Shown here piece by piece: positions 52,616-64,000 of a stretch of DNA of 64,000 nucleotides. The DNA is from Mizuhopecten yessoensis (taxonomy: Eukaryota), in contig NW_018408922.1 of the NCBI RefSeq assembly GCF_002113885.1, forward strand, positions 2,098,458 to 2,162,457. The letters are read 5' to 3'. A program made the translations under genes and the position numbers. Under the pieces are notes generated by a model that was not told the DNA's origin, ran no database searches, and was given only the letters and a program-made list of their open reading frames with translations. The stretch's first letter is position 1. Each line of letters starts with the position of its first letter.

Positions 52616-52747
52616 CTGTGAGGTTGTGACTGTCCCGTCGCTACAGATGATGGGAGGGGGTGAGGCCTTCACAGGGGAGTGGCTGACAGGCACGGGTATG
52701 CACGACCGTGGCTTCCCTTTCTTCTCCATCTTGCATTTCCGGGAATC
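52616..52747 (-). CDS. Upstream exon of the same gene (44 codons, DSRKCKMEKKGKPRSCIPVPVSHSPVKASPPPIICSDGTVTTSQ); probable start ATG at 52729
   Basis: GC-rich island bounded by acceptor ATTCTTGCAG|GAT and donor CAG|GTAAAA. It is 132 nt and open, and its phase-0 end is compatible with the phase-0 acceptor at 13916. The ATG is in AAGATGG context. Linkage to the 13916 exon is inferred. Confidence 0.7.
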
Positions 52748-53009
52748 CTGCAAGAATGATTAAATAGAAATATTTAATTTTGATTGTAAAAATATTCAAT
52801 TTTCCTAAAATTACTATTACGAAAATTAGAGTAATCTTTTAACAAATTTGTTAGAATCCATTTAATTAAGGTTTTGAACTCGTCAACACAATTTCATTGT
52901 ACTTTACTATTTGAGACAGATGTTCCATTTATCAATCAAAATCCGTTTTTATAACCAACGGCTTTCTGCAACCTGTACTTCAGGGAATATTGTAGTCATG
53001 CATGTGCGC

Positions 53010-53120
53010 CCTTAATCCGGAAATGTAATGAAACAACCAAAAAAAGAAAACGATAGACGATCACATTTCCGGTCAGTCGTCGAACCGCATGACCATTCCT
53101 ACGACCGGAAGTGGTGTACA
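53010..53120. promoter_or_regulatory. ETS-motif cluster (CCGGAA x3), promoter-like
   Basis: CCGGAAAT (~53017), TTTCCGG (~53066) and ACCGGAAGT (~53104) in a CpG-rich patch just upstream of exon 52747. Confidence 0.35.
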
Positions 53121-53777
53121 ACTGCGCCAGACGTTCACCAGAGTACACGTGTCGATACTGTCATCACCCTTACTTTGATTGAAGAGCACTTCGGTCGGTT
53201 GCGGAAGAATCCTATCTTTGGGGGTTTTCAGGGTATTCCAAGATGGACGTCTTTAAACTACACACAGTAGGTTTTCAGCAGATGACTGATGTTTTTTACG
53301 ACCAACAACTCCAAAGTCTAGACGATGCAGTCATTGACAAAATTCTCCGACTTTGCTAGATTTATCAGATGCTACATAACACAGATGCTACGATTTTTAT
53401 TCAGGTACACGTCTAGCGCTTACGCAGGTGAAACATTTTCAGGTAGACTGCTTTCTAATACCCGACGACAAAATCGTACGACAGAGAGGTGTGCCAAAAA
53501 ACAGTATTAAACACAATGAAATAAACCCGTGTACAAAGCATTACTGCATCAAGAAGGTAAATTGACTTTGCAATCTTTGTCATCTACCTGCTCGGAATTT
53601 TCAGATACATTGTAGGTGGTGACGCGAGCTCACCTTGATTGCAATGCTTCAGAACTTCATATATGTAGGGGCGATTAATCTTGCATCTGAATGGCTCAGT
53701 AGGTTATAGACATTGATAAGTATGAGCTAAAGGAAGGAGAGGAGAGTAAGAGGATATCATTTTTAGCCGTTATTGGG

Positions 53778-54170
53778 TTGGTTTAGTTTTATATTGTTTA
53801 ACGTTTTATTAACATACAAGGTCATTTAAGGACGTGTCTCCATGTATGAGGTCTAAGCGTGCATGTGTGTATGTGTGCATGTGTGCCGGAGACAGGGTAT
53901 ATGTTGGTGTATTTGCTTCCTTGTCATAGCGCGGATCTGATGCCGACTTTATAGTGCCATCTCACTGAAATACCATGCCGAAGGCACCCAAACACGGCAT
54001 ATCGCCCGGTTAATTTATACTGACAACGGGTGAACCAGTTGTTGCCATTACCCTAAATGCTGAACGTTAAGCAGGGAATAACAACTACCATTTTTAAGGA
54101 CTTTGGTAAATATGGCCTGGCCTGGGAACAGAACCCAGTGCCTGTCTCACCTCGGCGAACGCTCAACAAT
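53778..54170 (-). mobile_element. Meta-domain SINE (BivaMeta/BivaMD-like)
   Basis: Minus strand has a tRNA-like head with GGTTCTGTTCC, then CCAAAGTCCTTAAAAATGGTAGTTGTTATTCCCTGCTTAACGTTCAGCATT (Meta-like), TTTCAGTGAGATGGCACTATAAA, a (CA)-rich spacer and the tail ATGACCTTG..TGTTAATAAAACGTTAAAC. Confidence 0.75.
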
Positions 54171-54329
54171 ACACAATAGGGGAAAAGCGATAGGAAAAAA
54201 GCTAGTTTGAAGTAAAGAGAAATATAAAGATCCCAACTATTGCAATGGGTGCAGTAGATTTATTTTAGGCGCTTTTGTGTCCCAAAGTAGAGGGCACAAA
54301 AGCAAATCCCCCATTCTGCAGTTTGTTCC

Positions 54330-54410
54330 AACATTAGTCGCCTCTTACTATACCTGCCGTGGGTGACAGCAGGTGTATTCTTTTCTCGATCCCCGACCTG
54401 CAGGGGTGAT
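54330..54410 (-). mobile_element. Retroposon fragment (GTAAGAGGCGACTAA motif)
   Basis: Minus strand AAAAGAATACACCTGCTG...GTAAGAGGCGACTAA, a motif I recall from invertebrate SINE/RTE-related repeats. Family uncertain. Confidence 0.4.
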
Positions 54411-55299
54411 TTAACCGTGATATACAATATATTGGAACTCAAAGATCAGGCTTCACAGTCATTGTTGTCACTCGGAACTCGAATGGGATGTCACTTGTTA
54501 TACTTTCTAGAGAGGCTCCGAATAAGGCAAACATGACCAGGGAAACTCCAGCGTGAGGGGCGAACATGCAATGGTTTATTTATCTCAATCATGTGATCAA
54601 TATAATCCAATGGGACACACTGTTATATATATTGGTGATATTCAATAATCCATATATCGTAATGAACGTTTCCGGCAATATATGCTTTAGTATATACATC
54701 GTATTTCATTTCCGGCGAATGCTATCAATGTTCTGGAATCCAATTTCATAGCAGCTTTGAAACATCACCCTTGAAACATACATATCTGCATTCAAACTGT
54801 CAGGGTAGAAATGTCAATTTCAGTGTGAGCGTCACTATGTAATCTATATCCCGGTGTGAAATCAATGCCTTTAACCCGTCATATACATTGTACTGATATG
54901 TTTTTAGCCAGTACGTTCTGGCCACAGTCTACGTCTCCGTTGCTTGACCAGTTTGTGAATCTATTTCAGGACTCGACAAACAATGATTGCCCTAGTTCAA
55001 TAGCAGCCACACATTCTGTTGTCTAAAACGATACAGCGCAATTTCGTGTATTGATTGTCATCTGTCAAAAATGATAGATTAAAAAACACAAATTGAGTTG
55101 AGAGTAACTACAGATGAATCCGCTTGACAATTAATCTACAGTGTTTATAAGACATTCCGAGCTGAAAACCAGATTAATAAAATCTCTGTCAACAGTTAAG
55201 ATGACATTTGTATTTTATACTTTTGTATTAAAAAGACAGTTTGAGAGACAGTCGCTGTGAAATTGCGGCTGTGAAGTAGGCACGCTATGTACTGCTACC

Positions 55300-55790
55300 A
55301 GAAAACGCTGAACTCCATCTTCTCCAATTGTAAGCCGTCCCTATTTTGAAAACCCACTTTGGTAGCATTGAATGAGACAGTGGTTTTCGTCACAGAGAAA
55401 GCTTGGTAATCGAAATAGTAAGGCGAAAGGGGACTGTACTTTTTGTCGGAATGAAACGCACTAAATCTCTTTCCTTCAAGACACTGCACTATCCCGAATA
55501 CCTTTGCACTAGACGAAGTACCGAAAAAGGCTTCAGGGAGGATTAAAATCGCGAGGGAAAAGTTCGAAAAGGTTTCTGCACGTTTTGCTTGAATATATTG
55601 CACAAAAGACCAGGCCATCACGGCTTGGCCTTGTTAGAGCGTCTGCTTTTGGTATCGGAGTGCCAGACACGAAAGTGTCGGTTCTATTGACCTTACTAAA
55701 AGCATCTCCATTTCGACTCGTATTGACTATGCAGGCGCGGGCGCTAAAACTGCGTCGATATCACATGTAGTCACGTATACTGGGATTATA
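55300..55790 (-). promoter_or_regulatory. CpG-rich putative main promoter / non-coding first exon region
   Basis: Marked CpG/GC enrichment (GCAGGCGCGGGCGC, GTCACGTA) 2.6-3 kb upstream of the 52747 acceptor, which requires an upstream exon. No strong donor was identified. Confidence 0.35.
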
Positions 55791-57034
55791 TTAATTTAAG
55801 TGGGAATCCTATTTCACTGCAAATACTTTAAGTGCACCATTGACTAAATCAGAAAGCGTTTAATACGCTCATTTAAAATTCTACTAAAATTGACATTGTG
55901 GCGGATTTGAAATACTTATCGCTCCGCTTTTTGACTATCTTGTAAGACAGTTTGTCGCCAAACACTTTCAATGTTTTTGTATTTTGCACGAGTACCATAC
56001 CAAAAGATTCCGGACACGCTATCTTGGTAACATACCGTCAAGGAGTTGCTTTGAAAGGGGATTTTCAAAATCGTCTCTGGAAAGGAAAAGAAAATGTAGA
56101 GGAATAAAGAACCTCGACCAATTGTTGAGGAGTCATAAAGACATCGTGATGTTATGTAAAATACTTAATTTCCGAGAATAAAACAATTCGTGGCTAAACT
56201 TCCTTAGAGTTGTTTGTTGTTCGCGAGAATTTTACTTTGAAAGAAAAGGCAATAACTACAAGTATCTGGGTGCTATTATAATTAGTGAGCTATTTTTGAA
56301 TTCTCGATCAATAATGAACATCTTGAGACACCTCTTGGTTTACCGACAGCCAGTCGACCATATTCCCCGAGGGTGGGAGGAGTGGAAGTAGGGTGGGGAT
56401 ATCGTTGTAGGGAATATGCATTTTGGTAGAGTACGTTTACATAGTTAATAAGTAGTGTCCGCTTTCAGCTATTGCAAGCATTTAAGAGAGAATTTTGAAC
56501 GCGATTACAAAATTCGTTTTCGAATTTAAAGCCTATGGTTCATTTTAAATAAACACAATTATTCACTGAAGACAGTTTGGTATTCTTAAAGAGTAATATA
56601 CTGCTCACGAAATATGAGTGTCTGACAGTATCTCTGCGAGACTACGTACAAAGGGATAGTCTCGCCAGGTTGGTTGTTGGACTGAGACAGGAGGCTCGGT
56701 TCCGGCTTGATTCTGAATCGTAAAGCCAATAAAAGCCCATAAAAATGTGTGATTTGCTATATTCTCATGAAAGTTCAGGGATCAAGTATAGTGTAGACGT
56801 AAGTAAATTAGCCAGAGATATCAAGATAGCATTGATCTTGTGTGCAACGCTTCATGGCTGGCACGAAACTGCCTCGCCTCCGCGTGTATGTCGCAAAGCG
56901 TGATAGGGGCTTTGGTAAGGACAGGCGCTATACATATATACAGGTCTAGTCGTGCGACGCTGTATTAAGTAAAATACATATATAGCCGTATAGTTATGTT
57001 ATAGAGCAATGCAGGTCTCTGGTATCAAATTGTA

Positions 57035-57520
57035 GCGAGAGAGAGTTGCTTGAATGTCACGAAGTCTAAGAAGCTGTAGGGAGAGGGTCTGCACGTCTTG
57101 AAGTCTTTAAGTCAAGCTTAATGGAGAGGTGTCCGAATGTCAAGGAGGCTAAGGTCAAGCTGCAGGGAGAGGTGTCCGAATGTCACGGAGTCTTGAAGAC
57201 AGGATGTAGAAAGATATGTCCGAATGTCACCGAGTCTAGGCCAAGCTGTAGAGAGAGGTGTCCGAATGTCACGGAATCTAAGTTTAACACAAGCTGTAGG
57301 GAGAGGTGTCCGAATGTCACTCAGTCTCAAGATTAACATTTAGAGAGGTGTGGCGACTTCAAATTGAGTAAAGTGACGCGATATTGCTGACTCAACAGCA
57401 TGAAGAGGTGTTAGAATTATCTTCGAATGTCATGAGTATTTCAGTGAAACTGCAGGGAGATGTCTTGGTGACGCAGAACTAAACTGTAATGTGAGATGTC
57501 TGGATGTCCGAATGACATTG
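57035..57520. repeat. Degenerate ~40-50-bp tandem repeat (core AGCTGTAGGGAGAGGTGTCCGAATGTCAC)
   Basis: GTCCGAATGTCA recurs at ~57131, 57174, 57217, 57260 and 57307, with decayed copies on either side. Confidence 0.85.
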
Positions 57521-58794
57521 TGAAAGCTACACATTGTTTAGGTACAGAAATGTCAAATGATCTAAGATTAGACAATGATCAGTGATTTACATTTTTTTTT
57601 TAAATATCAGCGTTATAATGTATGTATCGTCAGTGCAAACGATATTCCTGGAACAGTCTGACGTCACCTATGACATCGATCCATTTGCGTATATAACCCT
57701 GTAATTTCTGTTGGTAGTGTTTGTACAGATAGAAAATAAGTAACAGAAATGGTCTAGAATGCTGTGAAGTGTTTTTTATCTATGCTTATTATACTATTTC
57801 AAAGACAGTATTTTTGCACACAGTAATTTTTCGATCATTTTGCTTGGTTGATAGATGAGAAACCTGACAGACGCGTCAAGCGAAACAAGTAAAGCCAACA
57901 TGCCATGCAATTCAATCCAGTATTAAGCTTTCGAATCCAGATAGACAACGACTTAAAATGCTAAGCTTATTTCAATCTGTGTCGTCATTCTCGTACTCCC
58001 AATAGGGTAACGATCCCAATCCGAAATTGCCTCAGCATTCGGTATGCTCTGCTCCAGTTTGGGGTCCCAAGCAGTTAGACACAGACAATGGCAGTTTAAT
58101 GATCTCACGCACATCGAACGGACCGCGCAATCATTACGTGTACATACACGTCTTCGTACTTCACCTAGATCTGTTTAGACATTCTTTGGATGTCCGTCAC
58201 GTACCCTGCGGCAGTAATGGCGGGAACTGACAATGATACAAGTCTGTGTCGTTATATTAACGACACTGATGTCTCTACAATGGCTCTGCCTGCTAAGACA
58301 TGTAACCTTTGTGACACAGAGCAGCAAACGGAAAAGACAAACTGGAATCATGGTATTGTAGCGTAAGAATGACCTAGATGTGCGTGTTGTACATCATCGT
58401 ATAACGCCATTCGTAAGCAACTTTAAAAACATGCAAAATGCTAATCACTGCGAACGTGTGTATGCGCATGTTTTGATGACACGTGTGCATGTTTGGGTGT
58501 CCCAGTCCTAGATCTGTATGTACAATAAGTTTTCGGAAAATGTGTCAAATAGAGATATAAATAGGGATTCCAAGACAAACGATCTTTATATGAATCACAC
58601 ATGCTTTTTGTGCAATTTAGCCTATGATATGTCCCAAAACATTGTGATGTGATCTCAGTTATTCCGACTAAAATCGAGTGGTAGTTTTGTAGAAGGATGT
58701 TTGACCAAACGTGATCATCAGACAAGAAGTTTGACCTTGTGCGCTAGAAGCGTTCTTTTATTATTTTTACCTTTGATTATTGATATTCAGTTGG

Positions 58795-58972
58795 ATAACG
58801 TGATTGGTTTGGGATAAACGTCTTCGTAAAGGTCAATGTCAAATGACGATGGCGGGGCCAAATCTTGACCACTTTAAAATGCCACTCTATTGAAATATCG
58901 CCATGGTACCTGTTACATATCACACTACCAGGACGCATTATTCTGAAAACGAACCAATCGCAGATACAATGT
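58795..58972 (-). mobile_element. Degenerate SINE 3' fragment
   Basis: Minus strand GTTTTCAGAATAATG...TTTCAATAGAGTGGCATTTTAAAGT...TTGACCTT..GACGTTTA resembles the 3' half of the 53778-54170 element. Confidence 0.4.
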
Positions 58973-59449
58973 ACCTAGGGAGGCACCATCCAAAGAAAAT
59001 TAAAATAAATAAATTAATATAAAGAAAGCAATGAGTGTTGCCATGAGAGAGCAGATCGACTTTAATGTCCTCTATAAAGATACCAAAAAAACACCACCTC
59101 ACAATACTGATAAGGATCGGTATAGTGGGACGATTCATTTCTAACGTCCTCGAATCTACAGTGATAACACAAACGTCAACGTCCTGCCTGACCTTGCGTG
59201 ACCAATCAAACGACAAAGACGCTTTAGGCTATAAATAATCATATAAAACGCACGCGCGCGCGAGAGAGGGAGACCATTTCTATGTCACACAGTTCTGTTA
59301 AGCTTGTGTGGTCGATGACATTCAAGGTCAGTGAATCATACAATGCAGCCAACCGCACGCCGATTGTTGCAACATTTATCGTCTACTTTCTCCTTCTTTC
59401 GTGTCTTGTCTTTTACTTTGACACATGCATCACATAGTAGCCTTCCAAT

Positions 59450-59712
59450 AGTCAGGGTCCGGGTTGGTTCCATGATCGAAATGGTATCAGAAACTTAAAG
59501 AAAAGGTTTCTTTGTGCAATATTAAAATTGCTTTAATACATCATCTTGTGTGGTGCGTTGCCACGTTCAGAATGCGTTGTAATGTTAGGAGTATGTGACA
59601 TTACGCCTCTACAGGAAGGCACTATACAGTCGGTTCGAGTTCGCTCTCTATCTCTAATCGCATTTAGTAGTGAAGCGGGCGTAAAACCTATCAATCAATC
59701 AATCAATAAATC
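59450..59712 (+). mobile_element. Degenerate SINE with (TCAA)n tail
   Basis: B-box remnant GGTTGGTTCC, GGCACTATACAGTCGG block, and end GGCGTAAAACC followed by (ATCA)n. Confidence 0.5.
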
Positions 59713-62620
59713 AAGCTCTCTATCGACCCGTATTGTGCTGCAAGCGGACGTGGCCAGACAGACAACGTCGCTTTGGTGTCTTTCTAGACTCTCCAGAGAT
59801 CGAAATTGGGTCCAGGTATTTCAAACGTCCTGTATTATGGAATCGTTATGTTTAATTTGAATCTTTTTCCATTTGAAAACAAAATGTACAAAATGACTTA
59901 AGCTGCATGCGGACATGTTTGTGAAAAAAGTTTGGCTTGAAAACAATGTAAAACGGCCGTTATTGAATAGGTTATCCGTCTCCTTGATAATTGTTATTAT
60001 CTCTGAATGTATCTATCTAATATCAATATCGATTCGTCGGGCAAGTATATGACTTTAATTCAACCCCCAGGCTTGTAAACAGATTCGGTTTTAATTTACA
60101 TTCTTGTTGAAACAAATTGTATTTGGATTGTATAAGGGTTTCTTCCCTGAAGCGACGGAGATAAAAAAAAAATGTCCCCAACAACCTTTATATATGTCCT
60201 GAAATCTAATACAACTAAGGATAGGCTGAAATCCGATTCTTTTATCTCAAAATCAATGGATTGAAAAAGAAGTTTATTGGAGACGGAAGTCGGGGATTTC
60301 AAATTGCATACGTGCATGTAACTAGAATCTTTTCTTCTGTCGTAAGATCTCGAGAAGCGTCGAGAGCAACAAGGAATCAAAGTACAGTGAACACGAAAAA
60401 AATACCAGCAATCAACTTGGATTATACTGAAAGGAGTTCGGATTATTTTTTAGCAATGTGCTCTTCAAGTCGTCTGCAATTGTGTTCAATTGCAAACGGT
60501 GACATGTTTCTAGTTGCCAAGGGTTACATTGACATCACGTGATTACACAGGAAGTGAAACTGGATTTGATGTCAATTATAATGATTTAATGTACATTCGG
60601 AAGCTAAAATTAATGAAAGAACAGCCATTGAGCAGAAATCAGGGGAAATGAGGGGATCGAAAGATAGCTCCGTTTACAGTCGTTCACGGCCCTGAAAGCA
60701 ATTTATTTCATCATGATAGCTATATATTATAAAACATTTTTATTTGAAATGTCTCGTTTTCCCGCTTCAGTAATACATATAAATATACTAAGTTTCCATT
60801 TTAAAACATGTTATCAGACACTTTCAGAATAGAAGAGTTTTGGGCTGAAAGAATGAAGCCGTTCAGTTTGTCATTCGAGATTCAATCTTATCCGTAAACA
60901 TCGGTAATTCGTTGAAGTTTATATAGTTGCATACAAAATACGACATGGTGTGTTTGTTGCCCTTTTGCTTCGCACCAGTTTGGTCGCCATAGTTACCATG
61001 CAATGGTGTTNGTTACATGCAGCGGTATACAAAAGATTTTATTTTAGTAAATTTTAGTATTTTATTCTTGAGTTTGGAATAACGATATTCAAATGTATAT
61101 ATATAAATACATGGATATTCACTGAAATTCTTAAAAACAGGTTACCGTCAATCGTTTTGAACAATATTTAATTTCCCAGAAGGATTAACCTGAAATAAGC
61201 AGGTTTTTTTTTTTTATTAAAAGACGATGTTTTTGGAACAACACAAAAATGGCGACAACCCAATGTTCTACCCCAGACGGATGATAACTGTATACGGATA
61301 AATTGATCCGGATCGCAAGTACGTCTAATGATTTCTTCTTTTTGAATTAATTGGATATTTCCATATAAGGTCACGAAGATAATGGGATGTTTTCACTTTA
61401 TCTTCAGTATTCTCAATATTTGGGTCCATTTGTTAAGCTTACCTTGGCAATTCGTTTCATTTTGCCTGCGTTTGTTTTATACATCCCAAATCACAAGTAC
61501 ACTGAACCCACAACCTCCGAAAAAGGTGAAACGCATTTCAGCACATAAGGCTATTTATATACTCCAATCACCAAACACTATGGGGTTGATTAATTTTCCA
61601 ATGTAGGTTTACATAGAAATCGCATTAGAGTTCGTCTTCAAATTGGTCTCCTCATTAAAAAAAAAGTTCAACATAAATAACTGTATGTAAATTCCTGACA
61701 AATTTGCAATTGTATCGAATTCTGGAGTCCGCTGGTCTCCGAGACGAATACTCATCTTGTGTAATAAAGTATGTCTCTATGCGGTAGTTTAGTCGTAAGC
61801 CCATCTATAAAGCACTTCCGTGTATAATCTTTAACGGCTTAGAAGGGAACTTGAAAAAAATAAGAAATCATTACTTTTTTTTTAAAGTTCAGTTGCAAGT
61901 AGAAGAAATACAATGTGTTCGCACGCACGTACTTACATAGTATATACCTACACGCGAATATTTGCATAAATATAAGCTACACTAATCACCCATGCTGCGC
62001 AATAAGTAATACAAAATCAATGAACATGGATCACACCCTTTGTTCCTCGACAGATCGATAGTAGGAAATTGATTGATGATTGGTAAGTCATTCTAAGCAT
62101 ATCCCTCCCGATTCTGAGATAATTCCTTATAAGCAGTTACGTTTGATATCTCCTCTACTGAGCTTTGCTCTGGAGTTACCGCCAATGCTACTAGTCTGAG
62201 AACTCTCTTTAGTCGACCTGTACACACTGGATCCATATCGCAGGACTATCCAACTCGACAACCTTCTCAATATTTTAACGCATCTTCCATTCATTGGATG
62301 ACATATACGCACTTTCGCGGGCACAGCGTATTAGCATTCGATTTGCAGAGAGTACACAATCTAAAGGCGCTTTCAGCGGATCGGTGAATTTGTAGAATTT
62401 GAGGACGTGCATGATGATGATGACACTAGGGCACTTAGTTTTCAGACTTTCCGTTGGCAGACGGGACGATTTTATTTATGCGGCACGTTTATTTTTGACA
62501 GTTTCTTGCATGAAACGACATCATTATTAAGACACCACTATTTGAAGATCTCCACTACTGTTATTGTCATGAACCTGTATTAAGAGACCACCTGCAGTAA
62601 GAGACCGCTTTATCGGCTTA

Positions 62621-62865
62621 GGGTGGTCGGATGGTGCAGTGGATAGCGCACCTGCCTTTCACCAAGGCGGCCGGGGTTCGATTCCCCGATCGGACGTGAA
62701 AAGGTATGGGGTCACCTGCCCGACCACGTGGGTTTTCTCCGGGTACTCCGGATTCCTCCCACAATAAGACACCCATCGCGCTAACATCCATGCCAATAAG
62801 AGTGATAAATATAAGTTGAATTAACTTGTTTCATAATTGTTGTAAAATAAATAAAGTTTATATTT
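62621..62865 (+). mobile_element. tRNA-derived SINE with V-domain (BivaV-SINE-like), near full length
   Basis: A box TGGTGCAGTGG, B box GGTTCGATTCC, V-SINE core GGGTTTTCTCCGGGTACTCCGGATTCCTCCCAC, AT-rich tail AAATAAATAAAGTTTA. Confidence 0.88.
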
Positions 62866-63240
62866 AACTGCTTCTCAACGGTGGTTTCTGCAAAAAGGTT
62901 TGAATTTACCATATTATTAACACGGACGGACAAATGGGAACTCAATGTAGATTAAAAAGCATTCTTAAAAATATCCAGAACCAGTTGTTTTACTGCAAAC
63001 CACTAAAATTTCGTGGGTGAGTTATTATCACGGTAATCGATGTACAGCGAATATTATATTTGATGCATATCTTAAATTCAAACAAATTCTTGCAAAATAT
63101 TTTGAAACATAAAGCCAGTATTCAGAGAGGAAAAAACAATGTCTGCCATGATAGTGTAACACAATATGGTTATATATTGGGAAAAAGAAGGATATTCAGA
63201 AAACGGTAGATTTGTATAATAAAATTTGTCATTATTATTG

Positions 63241-63465
63241 GGTGATGGGGTGGCGCATTGGAGAGCGCACCGGTCTTTCACTAAGACGACGGGGGTTATA
63301 TTAGACTCCCCGAACCGACGTGAAAGGATATTGGGTCATCTGCATGGGGTTTCTCCGGTTTCTCTGGTTTCTCCGGTTTCCTATCACATTACGATCCCCT
63401 GTGCTCTTCCAACAAGTGGGATTAATATCAGTTGAAAACACTTGTTATAAAACTGTTTATATTTT
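63241..63465 (+). mobile_element. Older, diverged copy of the same V-SINE family
   Basis: Colinear with 62621-62865 (GCGCACC..CTTTCAC, CCCCGA..CGACGTGAAAG, GGGTCA, GGTTTCTCCGGTTTCCT, TAATATCAGTTGAA). Confidence 0.8.
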
Positions 63466-64000
63466 AATATTACAACGGTCGTTTCTTGCTAAATTTAACA
63501 AAGACGTTGTATTATTAGACACTGCAGTGTGATTCGTTTTAAAAAGAATCAGTCCTTATTGGTGAGAGGGAACCTTCTCGGGTGTCCATTCCGACAGCCT
63601 GACCTTAATCTGAGCCCCAACATATTTTTTCTTCGTTCCAGCCTTAATGAAACCCAGTGTAAGTTACTTTTGCCATCATATAAAAATTGCGGCCATGTGC
63701 ACGCAACGCCTCGATCATGCAACCAACATTATGACAAATGGAATGCATTCTGTACGTCCAAATGCAAAAGGTTTCACCACACGATTTTGTGGTATCACCT
63801 TATGCAGATTGTAACCTGTGAACACGCAAGTGGGCTAGACAGACAGCAGGGAGACAGGAGAGCGGTATATAGGGGAGATAACCTTTCGTTCCAACTAAAA
63901 TGGACATGATACATCGGCAAAGTATACGGCAATAAAAAAAATATCCCCAAAATACTGAAGCACGCACGGTGAAGCTATATTGAATATAGAAAACAAGAAA

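Noticed and set aside
55295-55621. 108-aa minus-strand ORF
   Set aside because: GTG start, no recognisable domain and no strong donor. More likely UTR or promoter sequence.
62621-62695. Possible tRNA gene (also 41738-41805)
   Set aside because: No proper acceptor stem or terminator, and the sequence continues into SINE core domains.

Overview
AT-rich eukaryotic (animal) genomic DNA. The SINE repertoire (V-, Meta- and Deu-like domains) points to a bivalve mollusc; this is inference. Most ORFs in the supplied track are spurious or come from tandem repeats. The window holds the 5' part of one large minus-strand gene, most likely a KIF26/kinesin-11 family gene (KIF26A/B, CG14535, vab-8 group). 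Its 948-nt phase 0-0 exon (13916-12969) ends in the KIF26 N-terminal motif CxxCxxxLxxxKRQAxRLL and carries eight 12-aa RCxSP repeats. A 132-nt upstream exon (52747-52616) has a likely start codon and an SxIP motif. Several short ATG-containing, phase-0 candidate alternative first exons lie in the ~38.7-kb intron between these two exons. The motor-domain exons are not in the window and should lie beyond coordinate 1. The introns and upstream region contain three large minisatellites (36, 37 and 21 bp units), several tRNA-derived SINEs, MITEs, a short LTR-like element carrying a tRNA-like sequence and a primer-binding site, and many homotypic clusters of transcription-factor motifs. No prokaryotic genes, CRISPR arrays, rRNA or intact tRNA genes were found.
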